NCBI GenBank assembly: GCA_965261345.1
Contig: OZ253449.1
Location: 256,001 to 320,000, forward strand
Length of the DNA: 64,000 nucleotides
DNA from: Chloroflexota bacterium
GTDB lineage: Bacteria; Chloroflexota; UBA11872; VXNJ01
Direction: 5' to 3'
Position numbers and translations under genes: made by a program. The notes below the pieces were generated by a model. It made no database searches. It was not told the origin of the DNA and was given only the letters and a program-made list of their open reading frames with translations. This document shows positions 1-10,478 of this stretch, piece by piece (within the stretch, counting starts at the first letter, position 1; every line of letters starts with the position of its first letter).

Positions 1-24
1 AGACGGCAGAGCAGCAGGTGATCC

Positions 25-1748
25 GCGACAGTTACTTTGTCCGGTTCCCGTTGCCTCACCAAAAAATGTAACCGAAATTTGGGACCGTTTATTTGACTCC
101 GATTGGCGCGATTTCACGTATGATTTCGGCGTTCTCAACCGCACCATCAGCACCGTTTACAACCCCGTATACGAGCTCTTTGGCCATCACCGACCGCCAT
201 TGCTTGAGCCTTCGCTGCAACGTCCGCAGCTGCTTGGGCCCGACGGCGTCGGGGTGATCACGCATGAGCACTTTCAAGATCTGCATGCCGTTGGCGTCGG
301 GATGATCCTGCAGGTAGCTAAGCACCTCGGGCCAGACGTGCTCTAGGGGATCAGGGCATGTCCGCCACCACCTGCGGCGCTTTCGTTTTGGACGGCGGGT
401 CGGATTTGCATCGCCCTCGCGCCACAGATGAGAGAGCCTGGCCAGGAACTGCGACAGATCATCCTTTTGCACCTTGCTTCTTTCCTCGGGCGATGCCAAT
501 GTGGCCAGGGCCGACTGGGCCGCTCGGATCTCGCTAAGGAGCAAGAGCGGATCCAGTTGCAAGCGCGTAGCGCGCAACCCCTCCTTGACCTTTTCGGCAA
601 CGGCGGGGTGATCGAGCAGGCGCTGGCAGGGAGTTAGCGGACGGTCGTAGCGCTTTTGGGTTCTGGCTCCATAGCGCTGCTTGGAGATCAGTTTGAAAGA
701 CGGTTGGAAGAAATTGGTGTAGAGACCAACTAAGGCAAAGAGTCGGGCCAGGGTCTGTCCGGCGATGAGGCCGGCAAAGCGCTCGTAACCGGCAAAGCGT
801 CTGATTACGGCGCCGTTCTTCTGTTCGATGTAGGCCTGATCGTTGGAGCGGTAGGCGCGTGAGCGGGTGAACTCGATTTCACGCTCTTGGCAGTAATCGA
901 TAAGGGTCTGGGAGATAAAGGCGCTGTCGTTATCCGAGTCAATGCCGAGCACTGGAATCGGTACCCGCCCGGCTATCACGCCAAGTGCCTCGGTCACAAG
1001 CGTTTGCTCGCGGGCCAGCAGCGGGACTGCCTCCACCCAGCCCGAGCACACATCGGTAACCGACAGGGACTGGATGAAGCTCCCGGCCATGTTGCCACCA
1101 CAGTGGGCCACCAGGTCTATTTCCAGGTAACCGGGGTCGGGGCCATGCCAATCGGCAAACGTCCGGATCGGGACTTTGGCGTGATGGCGATTGCGGCGGC
1201 GGGGATTACGCCTGCGACTGCTGCCGGCGGTCTTGCGCACTGGTTTGAGCATCCGATCGATCGATGCCGGGCTGATTGCGAAGAGCTTGCTTTTAAGGTC
1301 CAGATCAAGCTGCAGGTGGCCATGCCCTTCCAGTGATTCGATCAGGCTGGGCAATATCGCTTGCAACCGTTTGCCGCAGATCCGATCGGCCGCCTCCCAA
1401 AGGACGATCAAAGACTCCTTGACGACCTCGTCGTAGATGCGGTATGTGGACTTGGTGGGCGGTGCCGGAGCAGGGCTTGCAGCATTGCCCAGAATTCGGG
1501 TTGCGTATTTGCGGTTGTAGCCGCTAAGGGCTACGAACTCGTTCAGAATCGCGCCCTTCTCGTTCTTGCTCGCCCGCGCGTAGCGGCCCCTTAAGGCCGC
1601 TAGCAGCTCCTTCCGCACCGCCCGGCTCAGCTTCTTTCCTCGCATCGGTTGCCTCCCTATGGATTTGGGTTACAAATCTAGTGAGGCAACGGCCCTGTTT
1701 GGGTTACAAAAACAGTGAGTCAATGCGCCCGGCCAGAATAACTGTCGC
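25..1748 (-). mobile_element. Insertion sequence with rve/DDE integrase-type transposase (ISNCY, probably ISLbi1-like group)
   Basis: Terminal IRs GCGACAGTTACTTTGTCCGG (25-44) and the reverse complement of 1729-1748 match 17/20. Subterminal ~28-bp motifs at 49-77, 1664-1691 and 1698-1725. No target duplication seen. Confidence 0.8.
89..1645 (-). CDS. DDE-type integrase/transposase
   Basis: 518 aa with EIDLVAH, DSDNDSAF and NDQAYIEQKN catalytic-type motifs; GGGAGG RBS upstream. Confidence 0.9.
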   Translation of the reverse strand: MRGKKLSRAVRKELLAALRGRYARASKNEKGAILNEFVALSGYNRKYATRILGNAASPAPAPPTKSTYRIYDEVVKESLIVLWEAADRICGKRLQAILPSLIESLEGHGHLQLDLDLKSKLFAISPASIDRMLKPVRKTAGSSRRRNPRRRNRHHAKVPIRTFADWHGPDPGYLEIDLVAHCGGNMAGSFIQSLSVTDVCSGWVEAVPLLAREQTLVTEALGVIAGRVPIPVLGIDSDNDSAFISQTLIDYCQEREIEFTRSRAYRSNDQAYIEQKNGAVIRRFAGYERFAGLIAGQTLARLFALVGLYTNFFQPSFKLISKQRYGARTQKRYDRPLTPCQRLLDHPAVAEKVKEGLRATRLQLDPLLLLSEIRAAQSALATLASPEERSKVQKDDLSQFLARLSHLWREGDANPTRRPKRKRRRWWRTCPDPLEHVWPEVLSYLQDHPDANGMQILKVLMRDHPDAVGPKQLRTLQRRLKQWRSVMAKELVYGVVNGADGAVENAEIIREIAPIGVK

Positions 1749-2235
1749 TGTTCAGACGGTCCTTGCCGGTCAAATCATCCTTGCCCGCCATCAGCGCCAG
1801 CAGTGGATCGGCGCGCAGGACATCGTGATCGTTTAAGTCCTCATAGCCCATTGCCAGGGCCAGGATGCGCTGGGCTACCAGCTCACCGGGTAAGTGCTCA
1901 ATCCGGTGGGGTTGGCGAAAGTCCGCAAAGCAGGATGGGAGACGGGAGAGCAGGCCGATGCGCTTGTCCACCTCGCGCAGGAGCAGGGCGCCGCCGTCGG
2001 AGGTGAGGTGTCCGCCGTCAAAGCTGGCCGTTACCTTACGGCGGCCAACGTTTGAGAATTCGAGCTGGGTCGGATTAGAATCTGCCATCATGGTTCGCCG
2101 TCTTTGCGGGTTGATTTGTAAGACCTTCAATTATCGCTTGGCGGCGACCTGATTTAAGGAGTGGACAGGGATTTCGGACCCCTTCAGGGCCCGATTTGGA
2201 CATGCCCTGAGACTGGCTTAATGAAGCAGTCCGGG
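1749..2235 (-). pseudogene. Truncated IS1380-family element (left end plus N-terminal ~115 aa of transposase)
   Basis: FDGGHLTSDGGALLLREVD...GYEDLNDHDVLRADP motif; IS1380-like end CCCGGACTGCTTCAT at 2235; cut at the adjacent IS end. Confidence 0.85.
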
Positions 2236-2513
2236 ACGTCGATGAGCACTCACTTACCTGGGTGCCCCGCGAGCTGTTGCCAAGCACGAGAATCAGCTTC
2301 TTGCAGCCGGTTACACACTGTCATTGCCGATCGGGCGTCAATGAGCGTTGAATAAGGCCCTTCCGAATCAGTGATCAACCGCGGATGGGTGCCTGGCGGC
2401 GGGCGGCTGATGAAATATCCGGGCTAGTTCGGATGTCTGTAGAAGCCCAAGCGGCGGGTCAAGGTGAAATGCCAGTCCAATTTGGTGGGCCAACTACCGA
2501 TCAAATTTACCGG

Positions 2514-3779
2514 CTACCCCGACCGCACCGGGACGGCAACCGAACCCTGATAGATGCGGCGCAGACTGGCCACCGTCAGGCTGGCAATCACCACAAAAAC
2601 GAACCCCGAGCCCAGGACCAGTAGCACATTCGGTGCCCCGAAGGCATCCGCGGCAAACCCATTGCCCAGGTTCACCAGTGCCATGGCCCCGCCAACGTGT
2701 ATCTGTTCCAGTCCGGAGATCCTTCCGCGCATGCCGTCGGGGGCGAGCGATTGCACCATCGCACCACCGATCGCCATGAATGCCGCCTGCGAACCGCCCA
2801 TCGCCGCAGCGCCGATGAGCGCCACCGCGACACTGTCTGAGAGCGCCAGCACCAGCATCGATACCCCGCTAAAAAATCCGGTAATTAAAAGTAGTCGCCC
2901 GCGGCCAATCGCGCTCTGCAGGCCGGCGATCCCGGTTACCCCAAACAGCGCGCCGGTCCCGACCCCCATCATCAGAAAACTGACGCTGGCATCGGCACTG
3001 TTTAACGAATCACGCGCAATTACGGGCAACATCGACTCAAATGACATCGTCATCGCGCAATGTAGCGCAATGAATATGAAAAGCACCCTCAGTTGCGAAT
3101 TGGACCAAACGTAGAGCGCCGCCACCCAGAGACTCGCCCCCAGCCGGGCACCGATCCTGAGTTCGCCGGTGGACCGAGTCTGAACCGCGAGGACACTTGC
3201 GATTCCAACGATGTAAAAGCTGGCGCTGGCCAGAAAGGCGGCTTTGGGGCCGTAGAGCAACAACAGCGGAGCGATCAGGCCGGGCCCGACCAGCCGCGAC
3301 CCCTGTATCGCCAGCTGGTTCAAAGCGATGGCGTTGAGCCAATGCTCACGCGGCACGAGGTTCGGAATCAGGGTCTGGGTCGCCGTTATCTGAAACGTAC
3401 GGAACCCACCATCGAGCAACGATAGCGAAACGATGTGCCAGATCGCGACCGTTTCGGTAAAGGCGAGCAGCGCCAGCAGGATCGCGGTGCAAAACTGGGA
3501 TCCGTAAGATGCGGCGAGCACCGCCCGCCGGTCAAAGCGGTCCGCCATATACCCGGCCAGCGGCGGCATGACGAAGCGGGGCGCCATCGCTGCGAATGTC
3601 GTCAATCCAACCAGGGTCGAAGATTCGGTCAGTGCCAGCACCAGCACCCCGCGGGCGACTATGAGCGCCCAGTAGGCCGATTGCCCGCCCAGGCTGCCGA
3701 GCACGACCCAGCGGAAATCCCGATATTGAAGCGCGACCGCGTACCGGTCAAAAATAGCCTTGGCGGTGGTAGAGCTCAT
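2514..3779 (-). CDS. MFS transporter
   Basis: 421 aa with about 12 hydrophobic segments and motif A-like GYMADRFDRR. Confidence 0.9.
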   Translation of the reverse strand: MSSTTAKAIFDRYAVALQYRDFRWVVLGSLGGQSAYWALIVARGVLVLALTESSTLVGLTTFAAMAPRFVMPPLAGYMADRFDRRAVLAASYGSQFCTAILLALLAFTETVAIWHIVSLSLLDGGFRTFQITATQTLIPNLVPREHWLNAIALNQLAIQGSRLVGPGLIAPLLLLYGPKAAFLASASFYIVGIASVLAVQTRSTGELRIGARLGASLWVAALYVWSNSQLRVLFIFIALHCAMTMSFESMLPVIARDSLNSADASVSFLMMGVGTGALFGVTGIAGLQSAIGRGRLLLITGFFSGVSMLVLALSDSVAVALIGAAAMGGSQAAFMAIGGAMVQSLAPDGMRGRISGLEQIHVGGAMALVNLGNGFAADAFGAPNVLLVLGSGFVFVVIASLTVASLRRIYQGSVAVPVRSG

Positions 3780-4495
3780 CCGACCGGGTCAACCGGTGCG
3801 AATCGGCGCGCGCCATCTCTCACCGCTTGCTCCCCCTACGTCGGCTCTTGCCTACGTGCTGGCTAAATGCCCCACGTTGGTACATCCAGACTTGATGTTA
3901 TGGCTCGGGCGCGCGCCAATGGCCGTTTGGAACCTGACGTCCCAACCTCCATCTTCATGAGTACCAGCATCTGGCAGATTCAGCCAGCATCGTCGGTCGC
4001 GCAGAAATTGTTCGCGTCCACGACCGCTAAGATTCGGCCCCATCAGATGCCCGAACGCCGCCAGCTGCGCGGTGGCGTCCGTGCCCGGCCAGGGATTTGA
4101 TAACAACCTCGATGTGGCTTGGAAATTTCCGGCCGCTTTTGCATTGAGGTCCCACCGCGGCGGAATTGGCTCGGTCGCCGGCCGCGCTGCGCCGGTCTGT
4201 CTCCGGTTCAAACCAAAAGAGGGTTGGTCGCACCGCTTGCGCGATTGCCGGGCGATCGACATTGCCGCCAAATGGGTTCGGCGATACAGTTGTCCGTCGA
4301 TCAGCGGGCGGTTAGACCATGTCCGACCGCCAGATAGCGTCCCTTCCCACGGCACGTCGGCACGGATGCAATAGCGAGCCGAAAATCGCTTGACCCGTGG
4401 CCGCGCGCAGCGACCAACAAAGGCGAACGGCCTACCGACCGCTGGGAACAGCGCATGCAAGCCGAAATGCACCCGGCCGGGAGGCGCCACCGGCC

Positions 4496-5763
4496 GTGGT
4501 AACCGCCGTTGTCATTTTTGGGATCTCCGACGGCCTCATCGCCGCGGGGCGCATTCCACCTGTGCTGGTCGCGTTCATGGGGGCGACCGCGATGGTCTTT
4601 GCGGGAATAATTGGCGAGCACGAGGCATTGGCGCACGTGGATCTTCAGGTGATCCTGTTGTTGGCCGCCATGATGTCGCTGGCCAACGTGATAAGCCGGA
4701 CCGGGGTGTTCGACTGGGCGGCGATCAAGGGCGCTCAGCTGGTCGGCGGCAGTGGTTTCCTAACGCTTTGTCTCATGTCTGCCCTCGCGGCCGTGGCATC
4801 GGCGTTTCTCGGCAACGTAACTGTTGTCGTGCTGGCGGTGCCGATCACGCTTTCAATCTGCCGGACGCTGGGCGTTGCTCCGGTGCCATTCTTGCTGGCG
4901 CAGATATTTGCCTCCAACGTCGGCGGCGCCTCCACGATCATCGCCGACCCGTCGAACATCATAATCGCGGCGGCGGCCGACATCGGGTTCGTCGAATTCA
5001 TGCTCAACGTAGCACCGGCAAGCGTCATATCGATGGGCGTGCTCTTCGCCGTACTTTTCCTGTGGTTCCGGCACAAAGTTACACCCTGGGCCGAGAACCG
5101 CGCGGCCGTAATGCAGCAGGACGCCGCCAGCGCGATAAAGGACCGGAGCCTGCTGATAAAGAGCTCGGTGGTGTTCGCACTGACGATGACCGGATTTCTC
5201 ATTCACGACATCCTGGGGGTTAGTCCGGCGATCGTGGCCGCCACCGGGGCAACGGCGCTGGTGCTGCTATCGCGAATAGATCCGCAAGAAATTGCCCAAC
5301 ACGTGGAGTGGACGACCTGGCGTTCTTTGTCGGGTTGTTCATCCTGGTCGGCGGGCTGATAGAGACTGGCGTGACGCTGGCGATCCAGGAATTTTTGGTA
5401 GACCTGTCCGGTGGCGATGAAATGGTGCTGGCGTTCCTTCTCGTGTGGTTTGGCGGGGTCATCTCGCCCATCATTGACAACATCCCATTTACGGCCATGA
5501 TGGTGCAGGTGGTCAAGGGGTTTGGGGGCACCTCTGCCGCCGGCTCCTCACCGCTGTGGTGGGCGATCGCCCTGGGGGCCGATCTCGGCGGAAATGCAAC
5601 CATCGTTGGGGCCTCTGCCAACGTCGTTGCCATCAACCTAGCCCGTTCCAGCGTACACCCCATAAGCTTCATGCAGATCTTCCGTTACGGCGTCGTTATC
5701 AGCGCCCTGACTTTGTTCGTATCCACCGGATACCTTTGGCTGCGTAACTATCGACCCCTGTGA
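4496..5763 (+). pseudogene. ArsB/NhaD (P-protein-like) ion transporter, frameshifted
   Basis: ASNVGGASTIIADPSN and GADLGGNATIVGASAN motifs. One C is missing at ~5316 (VEWTT|LAFFVGLF). Could be a sequencing indel; start codon is estimated. Confidence 0.8.
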
Positions 5764-6132
5764 TCGGGCGGTTCACCATGCGGGCGGGCAGGGTTCCAGA
5801 AAAACCCTAATCAGCAAGTCCATTGGGCAGGGGTCGTGCTTGGTGGTTCCGCATCGCAAATTTCCAATTGGCCCAGAGCGTACAGCCGGCGCCGGATCGT
5901 CCAGCAAAGGCCAATTTGATCGACCAAATGGCGCGGGTTCAATAGCCATTACACCGGATCGATTTTTCGGGTGTCTACAAATCTTCGCCCCGCCAGTGCG
6001 CGGTACCCATTCAATCGCCGCGCTCAGAATCAGTTTGATAAATGGCCTCAACGATTATCTTTTTGGCCGCTCCCGTCACCGTTGCACGAACAATCTGGGC
6101 GCCGATAGCGATGCCCACGACCGGCGACGAGA

Positions 6133-6162
6133 TTTGTATTACAAACTACTTTGTGCCATAAT
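6133..6162 (+). promoter_or_regulatory. Putative sigma70 promoter with palindromic operator
   Basis: TTGTAT(6134-6139)-N17-CATAAT(6157-6162). The inverted repeat TTTGTA-T-TACAAA (6133-6145) overlaps the -35 box upstream of a membrane protein/regulator pair. Confidence 0.55.
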
Positions 6163-6284
6163 CCATGGTCGCCAACAGAGGCGCAACTCAGATTGGGAAT
6201 TGGTTTGGAGCAGCGCTGCAACGCGCGCTCGTCCTACCGGTCGATCGAGCTGCGACCAAATGCAGTTTCAAGGGAGGAACTTAA

Positions 6285-6920
6285 ATGAGCAATCCGGACG
6301 CTGAATCAGGGGGCCTCGCACCTGATGCGAGTTGGCGCGACATCCACGAGACGATGGACAAGACGCGGAGCTCGATGTACGTCGCCGGTTCGGCGACGAT
6401 CCTGCTACTTTGGTCCGCGATAGCATCGCTGGGTGTCGGCTCGCAGTACGCCATCCTTACGCTCGCATCCGAATTCGCGGAGCGCAGCCCGTGGATTTAC
6501 GCGGTGCTGTGGGGCATCCTGATGGTGCCAGGAATGGTGGGAAGCGGATTCATCGGACGGCGCGCCGGCAGGAGGATCGCAGTCGGCGACGCCGCTCGCA
6601 AAGCTGGCATCCGGGTGTTCCTCTTCTGGCTCGCGGTGGTTGTGGGGGTGTTCCTCATTCCGGCGGCATCGGGAATGTGGAATGCAGAATCGGGGGACAA
6701 GATACCCGGCGTCGCGATTGGTATTGTGTCGCTGGCATACATTCTGTTCGGCATCATGCACCGCCCGGTATTGGCGGCGGTGGGCGCGGGACTGGCAGCA
6801 GCGTTCTACATCCCCAACCACCTCGTGGACGGAGATTTGGCCATGTTGGTGTCGGCGGCATCGATGCTGGCAGTGGCAGTCTTAGGTGCGTGGTGGATAC
6901 GCAAGAGCGGCGCGATGTGA
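6285..6920 (+). CDS. Hypothetical integral membrane protein
   Basis: 211 aa with 6-7 hydrophobic segments; GGGAGG RBS. Confidence 0.85.
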   Translation: MSNPDAESGGLAPDASWRDIHETMDKTRSSMYVAGSATILLLWSAIASLGVGSQYAILTLASEFAERSPWIYAVLWGILMVPGMVGSGFIGRRAGRRIAVGDAARKAGIRVFLFWLAVVVGVFLIPAASGMWNAESGDKIPGVAIGIVSLAYILFGIMHRPVLAAVGAGLAAAFYIPNHLVDGDLAMLVSAASMLAVAVLGAWWIRKSGAM

Positions 6921-7231
6921 CCGAGAAGGCAATAAACCTCAACGAAATCATCCATCAATCAACCCGCCTGCAAATCATGACCATGCTGGCGTCCCAGCCC
7001 GAAGCGGACAGGCTCGCCTACGGCTTCATGCAGAAGACGCTTGCCCTTACCGGCGGCAACCTGACCACCCACCTGCGAAGACTGGAAAGCGCGGGTTACT
7101 TGGCGATTACCAAAGAATTTCTAGACCAAAAGCCCCGCACGTGGGTTCGGGCAACCCCCGTGGGGCGAAGGGCGTTTGCCGAGTACCTCGCCAACTTGCA
7201 AACTCTCCTGGGGGCGTCGCCGCGGGCGTGA
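6917..7231 (+). CDS. Winged-helix transcriptional regulator (HTH_34/MarR-ArsR-like)
   Basis: GTG overlaps the upstream stop (ATGTGA); IHQSTRLQIM...LTGGNLTTHLRRLESAGY motif. Confidence 0.85.
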   Translation: MTEKAINLNEIIHQSTRLQIMTMLASQPEADRLAYGFMQKTLALTGGNLTTHLRRLESAGYLAITKEFLDQKPRTWVRATPVGRRAFAEYLANLQTLLGASPRA

Positions 7232-7433
7232 TCGTGTGCGCCTGGCCAGTAAACCAAACGGGCGGTGTGAGCCAAATTGAGCAACGCCGGTATTGGTCAT
7301 ACGACGATCCCGTTCCACTGGGGCCATGCCGGCCAACTCCGGACACGCCGACTCCTCGCTGGATCCGGTGGCTCGCGATCGCCACTGGCGATTGATTAGC
7401 ATTTGACTTTATGTCACCTAGTGATCGCGGGAG

Positions 7434-8231
7434 ATGGACATGGAACTGGAATTGGGCGGCAAAGTTGCAATTGTGACCGGTGGCAGCGGAGGCATCGGCA
7501 AGGCGATTGCGTTGGAGCTTGCCCGCGAGGGAGTCGACATTGCCATAGCGGCGCGATCTAGTGAAAACGTGGACTTGACCGCAACCGCGATCGCGGCCGA
7601 GACCGGCCAGCGGGTGATCGGGATTCCAACCGACACAACCAACTGGGATGACGTCCAGCGGATGGTGAGTACCACGATTGCCGAGTTGGGCAGCGTCGAT
7701 ATCCTGGTCAACTCTGCGGCAATGGTCGGTGGGCAGGTTCGCGGCAGCCTCGAAGAAGCGCGGGAAGAGGATCTCACCGAAGACCTCGATACCAAGGTCG
7801 TTGGGTACTTCCGCTGCATCAAGGCGGTGGCACCGCACATGCGGGCCCAAAAGTGGGGGCGAATCATTAGCATCGGTGGCCTGTCGGCCCGCAGCGCCAC
7901 CATCTACGGCCTGCGCAACGCGGCAGTCGTCCACATGACCAAGACGCTCTCCGACCAGCTCGGGGCAGACGGAATCACCCTAAACGTGGTTCATCCCGGC
8001 CTGACCCTTACGGCTGCGGTGGCGCAGCGGCTGGAGAGCCAGGCACGCAAGCCGGGTCAATCGCGCAGCGCGGCATACCGGTCGGCATCAGAGAGCGTGG
8101 CCATCGGACGGATAGTAAATCCCCGCGAATTGGCCTGGCTGACAGCCTATCTGGCCTCGCCGAAAGCCGAGTGCATTACCGGCGAGGCGATTGCGGCCGG
8201 CGGCGGCGCCAAAGGTAGCGTACACCAGTAG
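7434..8231 (+). CDS. SDR family oxidoreductase
   Basis: TGGSGGIG Rossmann motif; VNSAA; the catalytic YxxxK motif is atypical (YGLRN). Confidence 0.9.
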   Translation: MDMELELGGKVAIVTGGSGGIGKAIALELAREGVDIAIAARSSENVDLTATAIAAETGQRVIGIPTDTTNWDDVQRMVSTTIAELGSVDILVNSAAMVGGQVRGSLEEAREEDLTEDLDTKVVGYFRCIKAVAPHMRAQKWGRIISIGGLSARSATIYGLRNAAVVHMTKTLSDQLGADGITLNVVHPGLTLTAAVAQRLESQARKPGQSRSAAYRSASESVAIGRIVNPRELAWLTAYLASPKAECITGEAIAAGGGAKGSVHQ

Positions 8232-8551
8232 GGTCTGGCCGGTTGCGCAGGACCGGGCCTGGCAGTCGCGCAATCGTCTTGATCGCAGCAAACCAAATTT
8301 AGTTCCGGCGTTAACGGGACACTTCCCCCGGCGAGGGGCGTCTTGCGCGTTTGGATGAACCGCAGGGCACGCACCCGGTAAATCCGTTGTCGGCAACCAG
8401 CGAACGCTGATTGCAACCGACGCGCCTGCGCCGCGCACCCTGGTAACCGCCTGGCGGGAGATGCTGGCGGTATGGTCGCGACAACAGGTAGATCCCGGTT
8501 GCCAAGTCGACACTCCGCTGCCGTCGGGCGCAGGTCGCATCCGCGATGATG

Positions 8552-10303
8552 GGACGTGTCCCACGGTGTGGTGTAACTAAGCCGTCCTCTACGTTTAGGG
8601 GTTCGGCAGCTGCAACTCTACAGAGTTGCAGCTGCCGGCAGGGCCGGCAGATGGTTGCTGGGGCTTGCTGGGGGAGTTTCGAGTCCTTGGCTGTGACGGC
8701 GACTGCCGGTAAGGCGTCCATCATTTTGCCAGTTGCGACCATGGCGCGGTCGTGGTCATATGGGCTTCCATGGGTCCGAAGGCCGGCCCCGGCCCGTAAC
8801 GGCTCGCATTCGGGCTCACCGGGCCGGGTTTGTTGGGAAAGTCGGCCCAATTCGACGCTAGTGATCCTTATTTAGGCCCAGCTAGCGCCCAGCCGGGCGC
8901 ACGACCTTCTATTTCCCTGGAGGGCGCTACGGCCCCCGGCGGCGGTTGCTACCCCGCCGGCAATGCCAGCGGGGACTGCCTCTCTCCCGGAGATGGGGGT
9001 TGGCCGATTAAGGCCATCGAGTGCCTGGACATATAGCGGCGCTCGGATGCGAGCCATTCGTCGTTCTGCTCAATTAGGACCGCTCCGATAAGGCGCAGGA
9101 CCGAGTCATCGTCAGGGAAGAGCTGTACTACCCGGGTGCGGCGCTTTAGCTCGCCCATAACGCGCTCTAGGGGATTGGTGGACCAGATCTTGCGCCAGTG
9201 CGAAGGCGGGAAGGCGGTGTAGGCAGTCAGGGCGATCTCGGAGTCCTCGAGGATCGTGGACAGTTCCGGATACTTGCGCTCTAAGCGATCGGCGAAATCT
9301 CCGAAGGCGTCCATGGCGCTCTGCTTGTCAGCCTGCCCAAACAGCGACGCCAGTCCGGCTGCCACCAGCCCGCGGTCGCCGCTTCTGACCCTTGGCAGAA
9401 GATTGCGCCCAAAGTGTGTCCTGCACGTCTGCCAGGCGGCCTCGGGAATAAGCTTTGTCACCGCGTTGCCGATGGCTTGGTTCCCATCGGAGATCACCAG
9501 CCGCACGCCGGATAGACCGCGCGTTACCAGGGAGGCGATCAAGTCCTCCCAGAAGCCCTGCGCTTCGCTGTGGCCGATTGCAAGCCCCAGCAGCTCGCGA
9601 TGGCCGTTCTCGTTTATGGCCATTGCTATGCCCACCGCCCGCGACCTTACCGCATGCGCGTTTCGGGCTTTTACGTAGGTGGCGTCGAGATAGAGGTACG
9701 GGAAGGTCGTATGCGCGAGATCGCGTTCGCGGAAGGCATTGACCAGCTCGTCGATGCCTTTGCAGATCCTTGACACCTCGGACCTGGAGATCCCGGCGTT
9801 TACTCCCATCGCCTCCACCAGCTTGTCGACCTTGCGGGTGGAGACGCCCTTGCTGTAGGCGGTCATGATGACGCCGTAGAGGGCCTGGTCGATGCGGCGC
9901 CGCCGCTCCAAGAACTCGGGGTAGTAGCTGCCTTGGCGCAGCTTGGGCAGGGCAATCTCGATGTCGCCCGCCCGGGTGGAGAGGGTGCGCTTGCGCGAGC
10001 CATCAAAGCCGATTGCGACGCTCGCCGTTGCGCTCGTGCGGTTTGGCGCCGATGTTTTCGGCCAGGCCGGCGTCAATAAGTTCCTGGTAGGCGTGCCGTA
10101 CGGCGCTGCGGACGAATTCGCTGCTGTCAAACCCTTGCTTGGCGATAAGGGCAAGCAAGGTCTGATAATCAAGTTGGGCCATCGATGGTTCCTCGACGAA
10201 GTAAGTGAATTGACTCCGTAGAGGTTTACACGATGGCCCTTTGTCATCGCGTTGGCTTAGTTGATCAAGCGGGTGCTCTTACACCACTCCAGGGGACGTG
10301 ATC
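8552..10303 (-). mobile_element. IS256-family insertion sequence
   Basis: Imperfect 25-bp IRs ending GTGGTGTAA (17/25); flanking direct repeat (C)GATGATG at 8544-8551 and 10303-10310. Confidence 0.85.
8949..10182 (-). pseudogene. IS256 transposase, frameshifted near N-terminus
   Basis: True N-terminus MAQLDYQTLLALIAKQ...ERNGERRNR starts at 10182 in another frame and shifts at ~10010 into GSRKRTLSTRAG...YLDATY...ISDG...STNPLER. Confidence 0.85.
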
Positions 10304-10478
10304 GATGATGATTCGGATGAGCTTGAAAGTTCGATCGGGGGCCTGGCCCCGGAGGGATTGCGGTAAGCCGAATGTTCGGCTCGGACAAAGGTCCGGGAAA
10401 CCTGCCCGCCCGGCGACTAGCATAAGTGCGAACTGCTGCAGTAGCTATACCCCAAATAAGCACCAATTCCGGTCCACC

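Noticed and set aside
3975-4045. Minus-strand RILAVVDANNFCA resembling a UmuC/DinB N-terminus
   Set aside because: About 12 residues flanked by stops with no further similarity; likely chance.
10010-10247. ORF-track N-terminus of the IS256 transposase
   Set aside because: The family-like N-terminus is in another frame starting at 10182; the called start is a frameshift artefact.
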